DNA of 61,896 bases from positions 1 through 61,896 of the IMG/VR virus record IMGVR_UViG_3300030103_002748. The stretch is one strand, 5' to 3'. The position numbers were made by a program, and so were the translations under genes. The DNA is from a virus (lineage: Duplodnaviria; Caudoviricetes). A model generated the notes under the pieces. The model was given only the letters and a program-made list of their open reading frames with translations. It was not told where the DNA came from and did no database searches. Positions 18,312 to 29,047 of this stretch are shown here, piece by piece; position 1 is the stretch's first letter; each line of letters begins with the position of its first letter.

Positions 18312-18784
18312 TAGTTTTTACCGTTGGAGCCGCCATAGAAGAATGCGGCTGCTGTGCCCAATATCCCGGATAGCTGCCCCAACACCAGACTAATAATGGT
18401 CTCGTCATTCTGATCGTGTGGCATCAAAGTGACGATCACAACAAATCCGCCATAAAGTAGGAGAGTAAGTATTGAAAACACTTTGGGAGTCCAGTCTGTA
18501 GAGAACTTAGTCCTAGCGTCCTTTCTATCCTCTACCTCAGTCTTAAAAGACTCTAGATTAATCTCCATTTCCCTTATCTTAGTCTTAAAGTCAGCGTCCG
18601 CCTGCTTTACCAGCACGGCCTTTTCTGGCTCTCTTTCGATAAGGTCTTCAATTTCATTAGCCGTGGCTGAGTCTGGAAGACCCAACTTTTTGGCAGCCAT
18701 CTTGACGGCCATCCCGGCCATAGGGCCGCCAGCAGCACTGGCTATTGTAGGAGCGAGGGATTTAAGTAACCCGCCTAACTTCAT
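18311..18784 (-). CDS. Putative holin-like membrane protein (second copy)
   Basis: Paralog of 482..955, same length (157 aa) and motifs. Confidence 0.65.
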   Translation of the reverse strand: MKLGGLLKSLAPTIASAAGGPMAGMAVKMAAKKLGLPDSATANEIEDLIEREPEKAVLVKQADADFKTKIREMEINLESFKTEVEDRKDARTKFSTDWTPKVFSILTLLLYGGFVVIVTLMPHDQNDETIISLVLGQLSGILGTAAAFFYGGSNGKN

Positions 18785-18996
18785 TCGGTGTCGTTTTCTT
18801 CAGCAACTATGTCATCTATAGTATCGCATACATCTGGGACAACTACACCTGTTGTGGCAGATAAAGCACCGCGTCCAACAGCTCGGATGCCTTTGTAAAA
18901 TTGGGAACAATATAACTCTTTATTATCAATGACTTGCTGAACTGAAGTGCAACTGCTCAACAAAACAAACACCGACAATATCGCATATCTCATCAA
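18781..18996 (-). CDS. Small lipoprotein (second copy)
   Basis: Lipobox LSSC; [15 protein letters not shown] and VPDVC shared with 1896..2132. Confidence 0.7.
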   Translation of the reverse strand: MMRYAILSVFVLLSSCTSVQQVIDNKELYCSQFYKGIRAVGRGALSATTGVVVPDVCDTIDDIVAEENDTE

Positions 18997-19196
18997 AAAA
19001 CTCCTTGAAAACGTTGGGGTTTAATCACAATCGGGCTATACCCTTTTAAAGCAACACCACCCTTGTTCATCTTTTTTGGCTTTCCTGCTTTATTCAAAGC
19101 AATAGCCACCGCTTGCTTCTGAGGATAACCCTCATCTTTAAGCTTGCTGATGTTAGAACTGATGGTCTTCTGACTAGACCCACGCATCAAAGGCAT
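18993..19196 (-). CDS. Small basic protein
   Basis: [25 protein letters not shown] motif common in phage head regions; MNKGG. Confidence 0.75.
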   Translation of the reverse strand: MPLMRGSSQKTISSNISKLKDEGYPQKQAVAIALNKAGKPKKMNKGGVALKGYSPIVIKPQRFQGVF

Positions 19197-19204
19197 ATTG
19201 TCAC

Positions 19205-19408
19205 CTACGCATTAGTAAATTCGGCACCACGCAGCGCAGCACCCATACCACGACGTTTACCCTTGGTGACCTTTGCTTTGGCTGTATTTGGGGTCTTTTC
19301 ATCTTTTAAAGTTGCATATGGTATGCGACCTTGGTCCTTGATGTCAGCATAATTCGTAGCTTTTGGTGGTTCTTTTATCGGTCCACCCATAATTTTTACG
19401 ACACTCAT
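19205..19408 (-). CDS. Small basic protein
   Basis: Directly after portal; RG.GAA.RG motif. Confidence 0.65.
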   Translation of the reverse strand: MSVVKIMGGPIKEPPKATNYADIKDQGRIPYATLKDEKTPNTAKAKVTKGKRRGMGAALRGAEFTNA

Positions 19409-19409
19409 C

Positions 19410-21857
19410 TTAACCTCCTCTACGGTTTTGAAGTCTGAGTAATTCTCTTTTTGCTTGCGCGTCTAACCTGGCTGCTGTCTGAGCCTCCTGACTAGCCAGT
19501 CTTTCATCAAACTGACGAGCCCTTTCTTGTATCTTTTGCTCTTCCAGGCCAAGCTTGGCTTGATCTAATGCGGCATCATTTTGTTCCGCCTGTGCTTTGA
19601 TTTGCAACTCTTGCTGTTTCAAGGCAATCAATGGATCAGGCCCTTGTTGCTCTTTCGGATTGGCCTGACCGGCAATGCCTATACTAAGCTGCCTCAAATT
19701 TTGCAGCTCCTGCGCGATAATCTGAGCAACGGCACTTTCTATCTCCAACATCTGGTCATCCGTTGGAGACTGCTGACCATTGGCTTGTAAAAACTGCACC
19801 ATAGCAATCTCTTCGGATTTCAATTGCACATGCTCTGTCACGTGTTTTTGAAGAGCCGTAAGAACCACCACGTTTTGTGCCGCTATAGGCGACGCACTAA
19901 ATAAAAGGTGAGCCATTATATGAGCATCATGGTTTTGACCATAAAACGCTTTCAACGGAACATTGTTCAAGACATCGATGTTTTCTTGAGCAGGGTCCTT
20001 CGGCATCGGCTCATCTGTGTCCGCCTCATTTAAAATCTTGTCTACATCCTTAACACCCAAAGCATCGTACATGCGACGATACGCTTCATGCAGGTTGTGA
20101 AGCTGTGGTGCTTGTGTGGCAAGCTGTAGCTGAGACTGAGCTAAGGCAATACGTTGCGCCTGTGAAAAAACATTTGGATTAGAAACAGGAATAACGTCTA
20201 CACGGTCGTCAAAATCTGACGCCATGACCTCTTGATCGCCTCCTTCAATAGAAAACGGATATTCTTGAGGCAAGGACTCATGCATAACGCGAGCCATAAG
20301 CTTGAATTCCAACCGCATGGCGTAGTGCAAACGTTTATGCACCGCGCTCATGACACGGCTGCCCTGCTCCAAGAGAGCGACTGTGGTGCCCACAGCGGCC
20401 TGTTGGTTACCCTCCCCTACCTTCATGTCAGTTATGGTGGCAAAACGCCTTCCCGCCTCTACCACGAAGCCTAATAGCTGAAAAAGAGTAGTATCGGGGC
20501 CTTTAAAGGGCAGCGGCAGCAAACTCTCTCGAATCGCGCCACCAGGAGCGTCTACATCCCTAAATTCACCAGGTTGGAGAGGTTCACTGTCTTCCGCTAT
20601 GCGTAAACCACGTGCTTTGAAGCCCGCAGGAAGGTTTGACAAGGTTCCTGCATCAATTAATTGCCTCAAAGCGGCTGTAGCCGTCCTAGAAAGACCCCCA
20701 ATGGTGTGAATTAGACCCAAACCGTAAAAACCGAGACCTGGGAGAAACTTATAATGCACAAAATACTGAATTTTTGCTTTATTCTCGTCATCCTCGGCAT
20801 AATTTCGTCGAATTGACAGAACTTGGCCGGTATCTTCGGCTATTGTGATAATGTAAGGTAGTTTTATGCCTGTTTCTTCGCCATTTTCGTCCTTGTCTTC
20901 AAAATCGGGAAGGTCTAATTCAGCATGAAATTCAAAGATGGTAGTGTCGTAGTCAATATTTCCAGGCTGTTGGCCCTGAATCTTGTCCATTTCTTCAGAA
21001 ATGTCGCTCTGATCCGGTTGTGTGGCCGAAACAGGGACATCTCTGTAAAAACCAGAGATTTGAAGCTTTCGAAGCTGGTTCAAAGGCATCGAAATCACGT
21101 TGGTTATGCAGGGACAGGTCTCCAAACTGCTGGTGTTGTACGGAACCACCAGGTTTTCGGCTGGAACAAAGCTACTAACGACCCTATCCAGTGCTGCATC
21201 AAAGTAAACTTTCTTAAATGTTGACCCTGCCAGTGGCAAATAGAACAACATTTGGTCAAACTCAGGAGTGTACTCTTCCATCACATTGGTGATGTAGTAA
21301 TTCATAAACTCCCGAACACGTTTGGCTTGTTTTTCTTTTTCTTTAGTAACACCTCCAACCACAGTAGTCCTGACAGGCCCTGACGGAGGCAGCATTTCGT
21401 TAAAGGCTTGAGCTTGAAACTGAGTGGCAGCTTCCGCTAAAAGAGGGTGAGTGACGCCAGTAGCGCCTCTGAAGGGCTCGGATCGCTCTTGGTAGTTGAA
21501 ACCCAACATTTCCAAACCTTTAGAATAGCCGTCTTCCCAGTCCTGACGAGAGGCTTTGTTAGAGTCGTACTCACTCAACAAATCATTGGCCACAGCGCCT
21601 AGTTGGCCCATGTCCATCTCTTCCGCTAGATTTCGGTTGAAGTCGCTCTCATCCACTGAATCCGATCCAGGGTCAAAGTCAACTATGACCCCACCGTCCT
21701 CAGTCTGTTCAATTTCAATATCCAAGCCCTCTCTTGGTGCATTGTTCAACGCACCCGGCAAAGCTATTTCTACTTGTTCCTCAACGGTTAGCTCTATCGG
21801 TGCATCGCCCGTGAGCCGCTCTACCATTGATGTTACGCCTTCAGTGCCGTTAGCCAT
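19410..21857 (-). CDS. Portal protein (P22-like)
   Basis: 815 aa; SR..WE, G..FKKVYF, YGLGL; long Q-rich C-terminal coiled-coil barrel; near terL. Confidence 0.85.
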   Translation of the reverse strand: MANGTEGVTSMVERLTGDAPIELTVEEQVEIALPGALNNAPREGLDIEIEQTEDGGVIVDFDPGSDSVDESDFNRNLAEEMDMGQLGAVANDLLSEYDSNKASRQDWEDGYSKGLEMLGFNYQERSEPFRGATGVTHPLLAEAATQFQAQAFNEMLPPSGPVRTTVVGGVTKEKEKQAKRVREFMNYYITNVMEEYTPEFDQMLFYLPLAGSTFKKVYFDAALDRVVSSFVPAENLVVPYNTSSLETCPCITNVISMPLNQLRKLQISGFYRDVPVSATQPDQSDISEEMDKIQGQQPGNIDYDTTIFEFHAELDLPDFEDKDENGEETGIKLPYIITIAEDTGQVLSIRRNYAEDDENKAKIQYFVHYKFLPGLGFYGLGLIHTIGGLSRTATAALRQLIDAGTLSNLPAGFKARGLRIAEDSEPLQPGEFRDVDAPGGAIRESLLPLPFKGPDTTLFQLLGFVVEAGRRFATITDMKVGEGNQQAAVGTTVALLEQGSRVMSAVHKRLHYAMRLEFKLMARVMHESLPQEYPFSIEGGDQEVMASDFDDRVDVIPVSNPNVFSQAQRIALAQSQLQLATQAPQLHNLHEAYRRMYDALGVKDVDKILNEADTDEPMPKDPAQENIDVLNNVPLKAFYGQNHDAHIMAHLLFSASPIAAQNVVVLTALQKHVTEHVQLKSEEIAMVQFLQANGQQSPTDDQMLEIESAVAQIIAQELQNLRQLSIGIAGQANPKEQQGPDPLIALKQQELQIKAQAEQNDAALDQAKLGLEEQKIQERARQFDERLASQEAQTAARLDAQAKRELLRLQNRRGG

Positions 21858-21860
21858 TAA

Positions 21861-24800
21861 CTATCCCTCCCGGTCATACGGGTCACCGCGTTTATTCACC
21901 CTAGTTATGTTAGGGCTTTCTTCTATCCTCTGACCTCTGGTACGACCAGTGTTTTCTTGATTTTTTATTCTCTCTAATATTCGAGCCATCGTTTCGTCTA
22001 TTTTTTGAGAATCGCTTTTATTAAGGAAATCAAACCCAAGTCCTCTGGCCGTCTCTGGGTCTTCTTTCAATAGGTCTCTAATCCTTGGGTTTTCGTTTAA
22101 GTATTTCTGCCGCAATGCAGCGGCATCTGTCATTTGATCAAGGGAGCGATCTTGTGAGAGATAAGGAAGCTGCGTTTTCCTTCCAAAAAGATCGGTAATA
22201 GGGTCTTCAAACCTTCTTTGAACATTACGAGCTTCAACCTCAACGGGTAGTCCGCGATATTGCTCATGAGTAAGAAAACCTTCCGAGAAACTTTCTGGCT
22301 TTAAATAACCTTCTATATCTTGAACAGCGTGTTGCACTTCATGCAAAACTACGGAAGTTAACGGAACTTGAGAAAATTCTATTTCATTAGGATTTAATCT
22401 AATTATTTTGTTCGCAGGAGCGTATGAGCCTTTCTCACCGGGTTTTGGGTCCAAAGTCACTTTTACATCTTTAAGTTGAGGATAGTTCTCATATAACTCT
22501 GGGAAATCTAAAACTTGTGGTAACTCGATGGGTCGAATGTCTCCCATATAGGTAAACATGGTCATTAAAGCGTTTTCGTTAACTCTTGCGTCTCTGGTGT
22601 CTATTTCAAATTGACGTTTTCCGTCAGGCGCTAAAAAAGCCCCTGTTTCAAGAAAAACTTCTTCTTCTAATTCCCTCGCACGATCTGAAGCACTTCTGCC
22701 ACCCATCTCCCCATAATCGTATTCTCGCTGTATTTGATTTAATCTAACATCCGTTAGCTTTTCCATGGAGGTTCTGGCCACAGGTCCTGCAATGATGGAT
22801 TTTAAAGCAAAACCCGTTGGCAAAGGGTTCAACATGTCTGTGGTGCTTAAAGATGCCAAGGAACGTGTTTTTGCAGCAGAGAGGTTGTCTCCTCGTGCTT
22901 CTAAATTGTCAGCCTCTTCATACAAACGATTTGCTTCCATGCCCGCTCTTACGTTAGACACCACCGGTAAAATATCTAAAGTAAAACCTACGGGGTCCTC
23001 TACGGCACTCGCCGCCATAGCTTTACCAAGACCCAATGCATCGCTGGCGACCTCTGTTGGAGAAACCAAACTAGGCTGACCTTTCTCGTCTGGTCTTATA
23101 AAATAATTAGCCACAAAACCTGGGATGTCTGCAAAACCCTGACCCACGTCTTGGAGCCTATCCATTACGGAATCAAAAGTTTTTTTTCCTGTTAAACTGG
23201 AATCAAAAGGTATTTCTGCACGTTGCATGTCAGAAAGTGCCGCAGCAGATGGCACTCTATCATCCCTGATATACAGGGGGTCCGTGGGCGAAAGGGGACG
23301 TCTCGCTTCACCTCCATTTTGAAAAGAAGGCAACGCACCAGCCTTATTGAGCAGCATCCGAGTGACCGCGCCCTCTCGACGCTTCATTAACGAGCCAATG
23401 CCATCAGAAGACTCCGCCACACCTCCGCCTGCAAACAGGCGCATGTCCCCGTCCTCTTCTGTGTCCCTTGGTTTTGTAGGGTCAAAGCGTGGCGTTTCTA
23501 AAATGCTTTGTGGTCGAACAGGGAAGTTTCGAGAAGCATCGGGGATGTTTATCCCAAACTGTGTCTCAAAAGGCGTAATCTCATCTTGGGGGAAATCTTG
23601 TGGGCCCACGCCAAATCGCTGCGCGTAATCCTCTACACGAGCCATAGTCTCTGGGCGCTGATCCAAGCCCTGAGAGGGTCTGAAGCCCAGAACGTCCAAA
23701 GAGGACGCTATGTCCCCGGCCCTGCGGTCTGCTAAGAACGGCTCAGTAGTAGGGGCCGGTAGAATCGAATAGGGGTCATAATCGGGAGTATCAAACTCCA
23801 CCAGGACGTCATCGCGTGTAACAAACCCTGGGTCCGCCGGGACACCTCCCACAGGCACCGGTAAGGGTGGTTGAGCCACAGAATCGGGATCGGGATCATC
23901 GTCTTTATCTTCCGGCAAGAAACCACCTATGAGACCCGGTAAAAGGTCAATGAGGCCAGGTAAGAGGTCGATATCGAGGTCGTCGTTTTCCGCTGAATCG
24001 GTCTCACCGTTTAAATCGTCGTTGCCCCCACCACCCGTTAGTGTATCGTTACCTCCACCACCTATAACCGTGTCATTACCGGCCCCTCCCGTAAGAGTGT
24101 CGTTGCCAGCACCACCTGAAAGCGTGTCATTACCAGCCGCTCCTGTAAGAGTGTCATTACCAGCACCACCTGTAACCGTGTTAGACGTGTTATCATCTAC
24201 AGCTTTCTGTACTTCCGTGGGATCAACACCGTATCTGTCAGCAATTTGCTGGACGGTGTACGCACCAGCGTTTATCAACCCGACGACTTTCATTATGTCA
24301 TCGAAGTTGTAATCACCGTCTACCTCCGGCAGATCATCCTTTTTGTCTTCTTCGCCCGCTCCGCTACCCGCCACGGCCTCTACCGATACAGAGCCGTCTT
24401 TCTGTGTAACCAGCTTATACGTGCCACCGTCTACGACGTTGATGGGTTTTCCATCAGCGCCTTTGGAACTCACCCCATCATAGCGGTAGAAGACTCCGTC
24501 AATATCAAAGCCGCCCGCAGCGGCGTCATACACGCCTTGAAAAGAATCGGGAGTGAACTCTATTTCGTCCTCTCCAGAGCCGTTTAAATTCTCAAACCCA
24601 GTCTGATTGGCATCCTGTGCGCCAAGATTCATGGCATCAAAAGCCAGTGCCTGGTTAAAAGCCGCTGTAGAGGCGTCTCCCATGCCCAGGGCATCAATAG
24701 CCTCTGCGTATGCAAAAGGGTTATTAAAACCAGATTTTTCCTCTTCTTCAGCAGCCGCAAGAGCCGCTGCTCGCTGCTCTGGGGTCATAGCATCAAAAGG

Positions 24801-25034
24801 TATGTCTGAAAGAGGGACGTTTTCAAAAATAGAAGGGGAGCCCAAAGTGTCGAAAACGGAGAAGTTGTCCGCGCTGGGAGCGCCCATACCGATAAACGAT
24901 GCACCAGGGCCTGAAACACCCCCCGGACGTTGCCCCACGACATTTATTTGTCGAATATCAGAAGCTGGGACAAAATTTCCCGGACTAACTTGGACCATCG
25001 TGCCAGGACTAAAACCTGTTTTTTTGCTACCCAT
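21861..25034 (-). CDS. Large polyvalent-type protein with RTX-like repeats and C-terminal HExxH domain (LPD23-like)
   Basis: Six GGxGNDxLx-type nonapeptides; [36 protein letters not shown]. Confidence 0.7.
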   Translation of the reverse strand: MGSKKTGFSPGTMVQVSPGNFVPASDIRQINVVGQRPGGVSGPGASFIGMGAPSADNFSVFDTLGSPSIFENVPLSDIPFDAMTPEQRAAALAAAEEEEKSGFNNPFAYAEAIDALGMGDASTAAFNQALAFDAMNLGAQDANQTGFENLNGSGEDEIEFTPDSFQGVYDAAAGGFDIDGVFYRYDGVSSKGADGKPINVVDGGTYKLVTQKDGSVSVEAVAGSGAGEEDKKDDLPEVDGDYNFDDIMKVVGLINAGAYTVQQIADRYGVDPTEVQKAVDDNTSNTVTGGAGNDTLTGAAGNDTLSGGAGNDTLTGGAGNDTVIGGGGNDTLTGGGGNDDLNGETDSAENDDLDIDLLPGLIDLLPGLIGGFLPEDKDDDPDPDSVAQPPLPVPVGGVPADPGFVTRDDVLVEFDTPDYDPYSILPAPTTEPFLADRRAGDIASSLDVLGFRPSQGLDQRPETMARVEDYAQRFGVGPQDFPQDEITPFETQFGINIPDASRNFPVRPQSILETPRFDPTKPRDTEEDGDMRLFAGGGVAESSDGIGSLMKRREGAVTRMLLNKAGALPSFQNGGEARRPLSPTDPLYIRDDRVPSAAALSDMQRAEIPFDSSLTGKKTFDSVMDRLQDVGQGFADIPGFVANYFIRPDEKGQPSLVSPTEVASDALGLGKAMAASAVEDPVGFTLDILPVVSNVRAGMEANRLYEEADNLEARGDNLSAAKTRSLASLSTTDMLNPLPTGFALKSIIAGPVARTSMEKLTDVRLNQIQREYDYGEMGGRSASDRARELEEEVFLETGAFLAPDGKRQFEIDTRDARVNENALMTMFTYMGDIRPIELPQVLDFPELYENYPQLKDVKVTLDPKPGEKGSYAPANKIIRLNPNEIEFSQVPLTSVVLHEVQHAVQDIEGYLKPESFSEGFLTHEQYRGLPVEVEARNVQRRFEDPITDLFGRKTQLPYLSQDRSLDQMTDAAALRQKYLNENPRIRDLLKEDPETARGLGFDFLNKSDSQKIDETMARILERIKNQENTGRTRGQRIEESPNITRVNKRGDPYDREG
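24010..24180. repeat. 27-bp degenerate tandem repeat encoding RTX/hemolysin-type Ca-binding nonapeptides
   Basis: [54 protein letters not shown]. Confidence 0.85.
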
Positions 25035-25039
25035 ATTTA

Positions 25040-26500
25040 TTACCCGTAGTAACGAAAGGACCGTGAGCCGTGATCCTTATCCTCCCAATCATCTGTCGGG
25101 AGCTGTACAAAGTTACCCTGACGGTAACGCATCAACGCCTGCGTGGTACTGTCCACCAGATCGTCATGCTCACCATTAGGAAACGCCGCACACTCTTCGA
25201 CCAACTCATGTGCCCACTGGGTATCGGGGGCCCAAACCATTCCCGCTTCTAACAACGGGGCGATAGCATGCACTCTCGTGACCTTATCATTGCCCCGAGA
25301 CGGGGTAAAGTTTACCACAGGAATTCCCATATTACGTAGCTCGTGCGTCAACGGCATACCCGTGGCCTTCGCCTCAATAATCACCGTCTCCGGGTCCCAG
25401 TACTTCCACTGGTCATACGCTATGGTTTTTAGCTCGGGGAAGTCCCAACGGCCCTTCTGGCTGTCCAGGAGGATCAGATTGGGCTGAGAGCCCTCATCTG
25501 GGTAAAAAACGCCCCATGTCGTAATCGCACTGTAGTCCGCTGTCTCGCGCTTAGAAAAGGCCGTGTCATAGCTCTGTATTACAAAAGAAAGCTTCGGAAT
25601 CTTCTCAGCCTCCCACACATTCCACCACTCGCGCTTGAGAATGCTGTTATCGTCACCCGTGGGCTGCTGCTGGTACTGCGCGTTCCACTTACTCGGCGGA
25701 ATCGACGCCTTAACAGAAACCAAATCCTCCAACGACCAGTATTCGGGCCAAACAGGCTTGCCAGAGGGTAACTCCATAGGAAATTCAACAACTTCCCACT
25801 GATCAGCGTTCTCGTCCCTGGCCATCTGACGAACCAGTTGACCCGTCAAATCCTTCTCGGACCAACGGGTCATCACCAAAACTATCGATCCACCCGGCTG
25901 CAAACGCTGTCTGGGACCACCCGTGTACCAGTCCCAGGCGTCATCAAACCCCGCATTCGACATAGCAGTCTGCTCAGAATGGGGATCGTCGATAATACAT
26001 AAATCGGCACCGCGACCAGCCAGATTACTGCCAACACCAACAGCATAGTACATGCCGCCACGAGCCGTATCCCACCGACCACTGGCTTTAGAATCCGCAG
26101 CCAGCTTCGAGTCAGGAAATATGTCAAGATAATCCTCCCGCTCCAGCAAGTTCTTCACCTTACGACCAAAGCCTACCGCAAGCTCCGTGGTGTGCGTCGC
26201 CTGAATAATCTTCATCGCAGGATTCTTACCCACCATCCAGGCAGGAAACAGAAAACTCGCAAACTCACTCTTGGTATGACGCGGCGGCATATTGACTATC
26301 AACCGCTTCAACTCGCCCCGCGCTACCCGTTCAAGCTTCTCAGAAATAATTCGATGATGCTCACCGGCAATAAACTCCGGCCACATCGCTCGAACAAAGT
26401 CCAGGAAGTTAGTCTGACACCCCTCAATGCGCTCAAGCTGCGCTAATCGCAGCTCAAGTTTAAGCAGATGTTCGTCAGTTTCTTTAGCTAATTCAGTCAC
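25040..26500 (-). CDS. terL: Terminase large subunit
   Basis: MPPRHTKS Walker A variant, IIDDP Walker B, MTRW, QYQQQP, SYDTA, IEAKA.G, FPNG.HDD.VDS nuclease motifs. Confidence 0.95.
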   Translation of the reverse strand: MTELAKETDEHLLKLELRLAQLERIEGCQTNFLDFVRAMWPEFIAGEHHRIISEKLERVARGELKRLIVNMPPRHTKSEFASFLFPAWMVGKNPAMKIIQATHTTELAVGFGRKVKNLLEREDYLDIFPDSKLAADSKASGRWDTARGGMYYAVGVGSNLAGRGADLCIIDDPHSEQTAMSNAGFDDAWDWYTGGPRQRLQPGGSIVLVMTRWSEKDLTGQLVRQMARDENADQWEVVEFPMELPSGKPVWPEYWSLEDLVSVKASIPPSKWNAQYQQQPTGDDNSILKREWWNVWEAEKIPKLSFVIQSYDTAFSKRETADYSAITTWGVFYPDEGSQPNLILLDSQKGRWDFPELKTIAYDQWKYWDPETVIIEAKATGMPLTHELRNMGIPVVNFTPSRGNDKVTRVHAIAPLLEAGMVWAPDTQWAHELVEECAAFPNGEHDDLVDSTTQALMRYRQGNFVQLPTDDWEDKDHGSRSFRYYG

Positions 26501-26772
26501 TTATCCCAAAGTTCTCGGTAATCCAAAACAGCCCGGTCCAGGAAAATAGGGGTCTGTGGGCCGTGAAACGCGCCTATCACGTTAAAATTAAAGTACTCAT
26601 AGGCTTCTTCACGCTCCATGTCCACCGCGCCGTCCATAATGATATCAACACATTTTTCAATGTCGTAGATCAGAATAGGTCCCCCATCCTCATCCACAGT
26701 CATGCCGTGGGCCGTGCCCACTATCGCGTCGTCAAATCCGTCAGCTTTCAGGTATTGCTTTTCATCGTACAT
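26497..26772 (-). CDS. Conserved phage hypothetical protein
   Basis: ADGFD.AI.G, YD..K, EEA.EYF.FNV.GA..G..TP. Confidence 0.75.
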   Translation of the reverse strand: MYDEKQYLKADGFDDAIVGTAHGMTVDEDGGPILIYDIEKCVDIIMDGAVDMEREEAYEYFNFNVIGAFHGPQTPIFLDRAVLDYRELWDK

Positions 26773-26962
26773 GGCCCAAGGCTCCTTGTTTATGCAAGTT
26801 TATTATACCTCGGTAAATTTTTTTATAAAATTATTTTTTACATGATTGTTTGTGACAAACATGCACAAGCTGCTGTCTGACACACGACACTGCCCTACAT
26901 CTCCAGCAACTATCTCACGGAATCCTAAACATCTCTACTAGCCTCTATTCCGGGACTCCTAC

Positions 26963-27042
26963 TCACACTCCCCCCTCCGCCTAAAGTCAAAAGGGAAGGC
27001 GGGCGGAGGGGGGAGTGTGACACATGGCCCCTTGGCCATGTG
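26963..27042. repeat. Perfect 19-bp inverted repeat plus adjacent 9-bp hairpin
   Basis: tcacactcccccctccgcc (26963-26981) / ggcggaggggggagtgtga (27002-27020); cacatggcc-cctt-ggccatgtg (27021-27042). Confidence 0.85.
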
Positions 27043-27097
27043 GGACACGCGGCACTTTTTGCGTGTGTGGGGGTCGGGTCGCACAGATTGCAGGCAT

Positions 27098-27125
27098 AAA
27101 AAAGCCCAGTCGGGACTGGGCTTTT
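27098..27125. terminator. Intrinsic terminator, possibly bidirectional
   Basis: aaaaaa-gcccagtc-gg-gactgggc-tttt. Confidence 0.75.
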
Positions 27126-27164
27126 GTTTGGGGTCGGTGGCCCTCGGGCCACCAGTCGCGGAGG

Positions 27165-27383
27165 TCAGTCGTCCTTATCCACCATTGTGATCTGGGCGCC
27201 TGTTACTTGGCTGCGGTAGATCTTATAGCTCAGATTGCGAATCGCTTCGAGGTTACTAATATATTTGGTTCCAGAAGGTCTATCATCTTCTGCTATATGC
27301 GAAATATTAGAAGCGATATCCAGAGCCTCCGCAATAGCTTGGGCTTCCTTTTTTGTGAACTCAATATTTGTGTGTTTTTTCAT
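27165..27383 (-). CDS. Small hypothetical (early-type) protein
   Basis: Start reassigned to ATG 27383 with RBS GGAGA; own promoter. Confidence 0.65.
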   Translation of the reverse strand: MKKHTNIEFTKKEAQAIAEALDIASNISHIAEDDRPSGTKYISNLEAIRNLSYKIYRSQVTGAQITMVDKDD

Positions 27384-27438
27384 TTTGTATCTCCACGATT
27401 GTTTAAGTTTACATGGGACGTCGTTGCCCCATGCACAT

Positions 27439-27467
27439 AGAATATTATACCTCGGCTCTCTGGTCAA
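27439..27467 (-). promoter_or_regulatory. Sigma70-type promoter
   Basis: TTGACC-17-TATTCT. Confidence 0.6.
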
Positions 27468-27705
27468 GCTCTTCTTGGATAAAATTCCGAAAGCTTGCGC
27501 CTATCATCCAAAGCAACATCTCAGGGCTCTCGCTGCTCCCGACCAAACAGGCGCTTACATATTGCCGGAGCTGCTCGGTGGTTTTGTATCCCACGATCCA
27601 AGGGCATCGTTCGCCCTCGGGTCGGTGTCCGACGCCCGCGAACAACCAGTCCATCTGGTTGTTGCTGTTGACTGCGTCAGCAATTGCCTTCTCTTTTTGG
27701 TCCAT
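27445..27705 (-). CDS. Small hypothetical protein
   Basis: Start at ATG 27705 (MDQKEK) with RBS GGAGA. Confidence 0.6.
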   Translation of the reverse strand: MDQKEKAIADAVNSNNQMDWLFAGVGHRPEGERCPWIVGYKTTEQLRQYVSACLVGSSESPEMLLWMIGASFRNFIQEELDQRAEV

Positions 27706-27738
27706 TGTCTGTCTCCACGTTTCAATAAAAGAGAACCC

Positions 27739-27767
27739 ATTATATGCGACTGCTATGTGCATGTCAA
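27739..27767 (-). promoter_or_regulatory. Consensus sigma70 promoter
   Basis: TTGACA-tgcacatagcagtcgca(17)-TATAAT. Confidence 0.85.
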
Positions 27768-27808
27768 CTATCCCCCACCTCCTGCGGAGGTCGTTTCACT
27801 TGGGGGAT

Positions 27809-27839
27809 AAAAAAAGCCCGCCCCCTTTCGAGGGCGGGC
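27809..27839 (-). terminator. Intrinsic terminator
   Basis: GCCCGCCC stem followed by a T7 run on the minus strand. Confidence 0.7.
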
Positions 27840-27920
27840 CCGCCGATCCGTGACGCCAGGACAAAAACGGGATAACCCCGACCCACGGCTCACGGCTCGC
27901 CACCCGTGGAGTGGTAGCGA

Positions 27921-28256
27921 TCAGGCAACGATCATGCCCGCTGCTCGGGCATCCTTCGCGTATTCAGAAAGGGTTTTTTCTGGGGTGAAATACATATCAC
28001 GCTCGACCACCTCGACCCCCGCGCCATGCATCCCGAACCGCAACCGCTCAAGCTCGGACTGGGAAACATAACCTAATTCAGGGTAGCCCATGCCCAGATC
28101 GCACAACCCGAAAAGCGTATCCTTATCTAGACGCTCAGAGATCAACCACGTACACGCGCCGCCCCCAAATAGTTTAAGGACGGGGCGGCGCGTGGATTCT
28201 TCCACGCTCGCGTTATCCGCGAGCGCCTTTTCGATTTCTTTTGTGAATAGTTTCAT
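27921..28256 (-). CDS. DUF2958-like protein
   Basis: KLF...G..TWL.SE, FGLCDLG.G.PELGYVS..ELE, ERD.YF. Confidence 0.75.
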   Translation of the reverse strand: MKLFTKEIEKALADNASVEESTRRPVLKLFGGGACTWLISERLDKDTLFGLCDLGMGYPELGYVSQSELERLRFGMHGAGVEVVERDMYFTPEKTLSEYAKDARAAGMIVA

Positions 28257-28287
28257 TTTTCAATACTCCCGTTTTGATTGAATGGCC

Positions 28288-28318
28288 ATTATACGCACAT
28301 TAGTTGCATATATGTCAA
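28288..28318 (-). promoter_or_regulatory. Sigma70-type promoter (long spacer)
   Basis: TTGACA-19-TATAAT upstream of the DUF2958-like gene. Confidence 0.55.
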
Positions 28319-28392
28319 GCCTCAGCCCCCACGGTCCACGAGTCAAAAACTTTTACTTGACAGGGGCGGGCCGAGGGGCGCTTGTTTCACTG

Positions 28393-28554
28393 TTAATTAT
28401 CGCGCAGCTCTTGATATTCGACTTCTATATGAAAAGCAAACGATTCGGCTTTGATCTCTAACGCGGCCAAATGATCTGCAATTAATTCGCTCAGATAGTC
28501 TGTGTCGCGTTTATCGAAATCACCGAGCATAATTGTTTTGATTTCATCAGTCAT
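28393..28554 (-). CDS. Small acidic hypothetical protein
   Basis: Start at ATG 28554 (MTDEIK), coupled to the upstream ORF. Confidence 0.55.
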   Translation of the reverse strand: MTDEIKTIMLGDFDKRDTDYLSELIADHLAALEIKAESFAFHIEVEYQELRDN

Positions 28555-28720
28555 GAATAATTCCCGCCTCCAGTAATGCCACACAATTGCGACCGAAAAA
28601 GCCCTGCAATTGATAGGCAAGGCCGGTATCGTGCAAATATTGCCAGGCGTCAATCACGTCATCCGGCTGCGCCGTATCATCTAGACCCTCTGCTATCTCT
28701 ATCGCTTCGAATAGTGTCAT
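28547..28720 (-). CDS. 57-aa hypothetical protein (below ORF-track cutoff)
   Basis: Manual translation MTLFEAIEIAEGLDDTAQPDDVIDAWQYLHDTGLAYQLQGFFGRNCVALLEAGIIHD; WQ.L.D.G....LQG..GR looks like a recurrent small-phage-protein motif. Confidence 0.7.
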   Translation of the reverse strand: MTLFEAIEIAEGLDDTAQPDDVIDAWQYLHDTGLAYQLQGFFGRNCVALLEAGIIHD

Positions 28721-28721
28721 T

Positions 28722-28985
28722 TTAAAATTCCCCCGCCATCATCAAATAATCATCCGGTGACCACTCGTCAGGAAAGTCCGAGAAATCTTGTAGCTGTGCG
28801 CTAATCGCCGCCCGTTTAGGGTCTACCATTGATCGGCTGCACGGGTCGGTTCGGTCGCCATCATCATATAGGGCATTGCATCCTAGCTTTGCGAATAGCT
28901 TTGCCCGCTGCTGAAAAGTGTCGTCAAAATCGTGCAAGGTCTCAATTTCCCACGGCTCACCGCAATGTCTGCAATATATATCCAT
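28722..28985 (-). CDS. Small Cys-containing hypothetical protein
   Basis: MDIYC..CGEPW, further H/C residues; own promoter. Confidence 0.7.
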   Translation of the reverse strand: MDIYCRHCGEPWEIETLHDFDDTFQQRAKLFAKLGCNALYDDGDRTDPCSRSMVDPKRAAISAQLQDFSDFPDEWSPDDYLMMAGEF

Positions 28986-29018
28986 CGTTTAATTCCCGTT
29001 TTAGTTAGTTGAGGTTAA

Positions 29019-29047
29019 AATATATGTGGTATTTATGTGCATGTCAA
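29019..29047 (-). promoter_or_regulatory. Sigma70-type promoter
   Basis: TTGACA-tgcacataaataccaca(17)-TATATT. Confidence 0.75.

Noticed and set aside
24010-24180. CRISPR-like array
   Set aside because: 27-bp in-frame degenerate coding repeats without unique spacers; no cas genes
25061-28340. Scattered 7-nt-period CCGTG(A/G)G doublets (25061, 26705, 27883, 28329)
   Set aside because: Only two units each and two lie in coding sequence; cannot be told from chance without statistics
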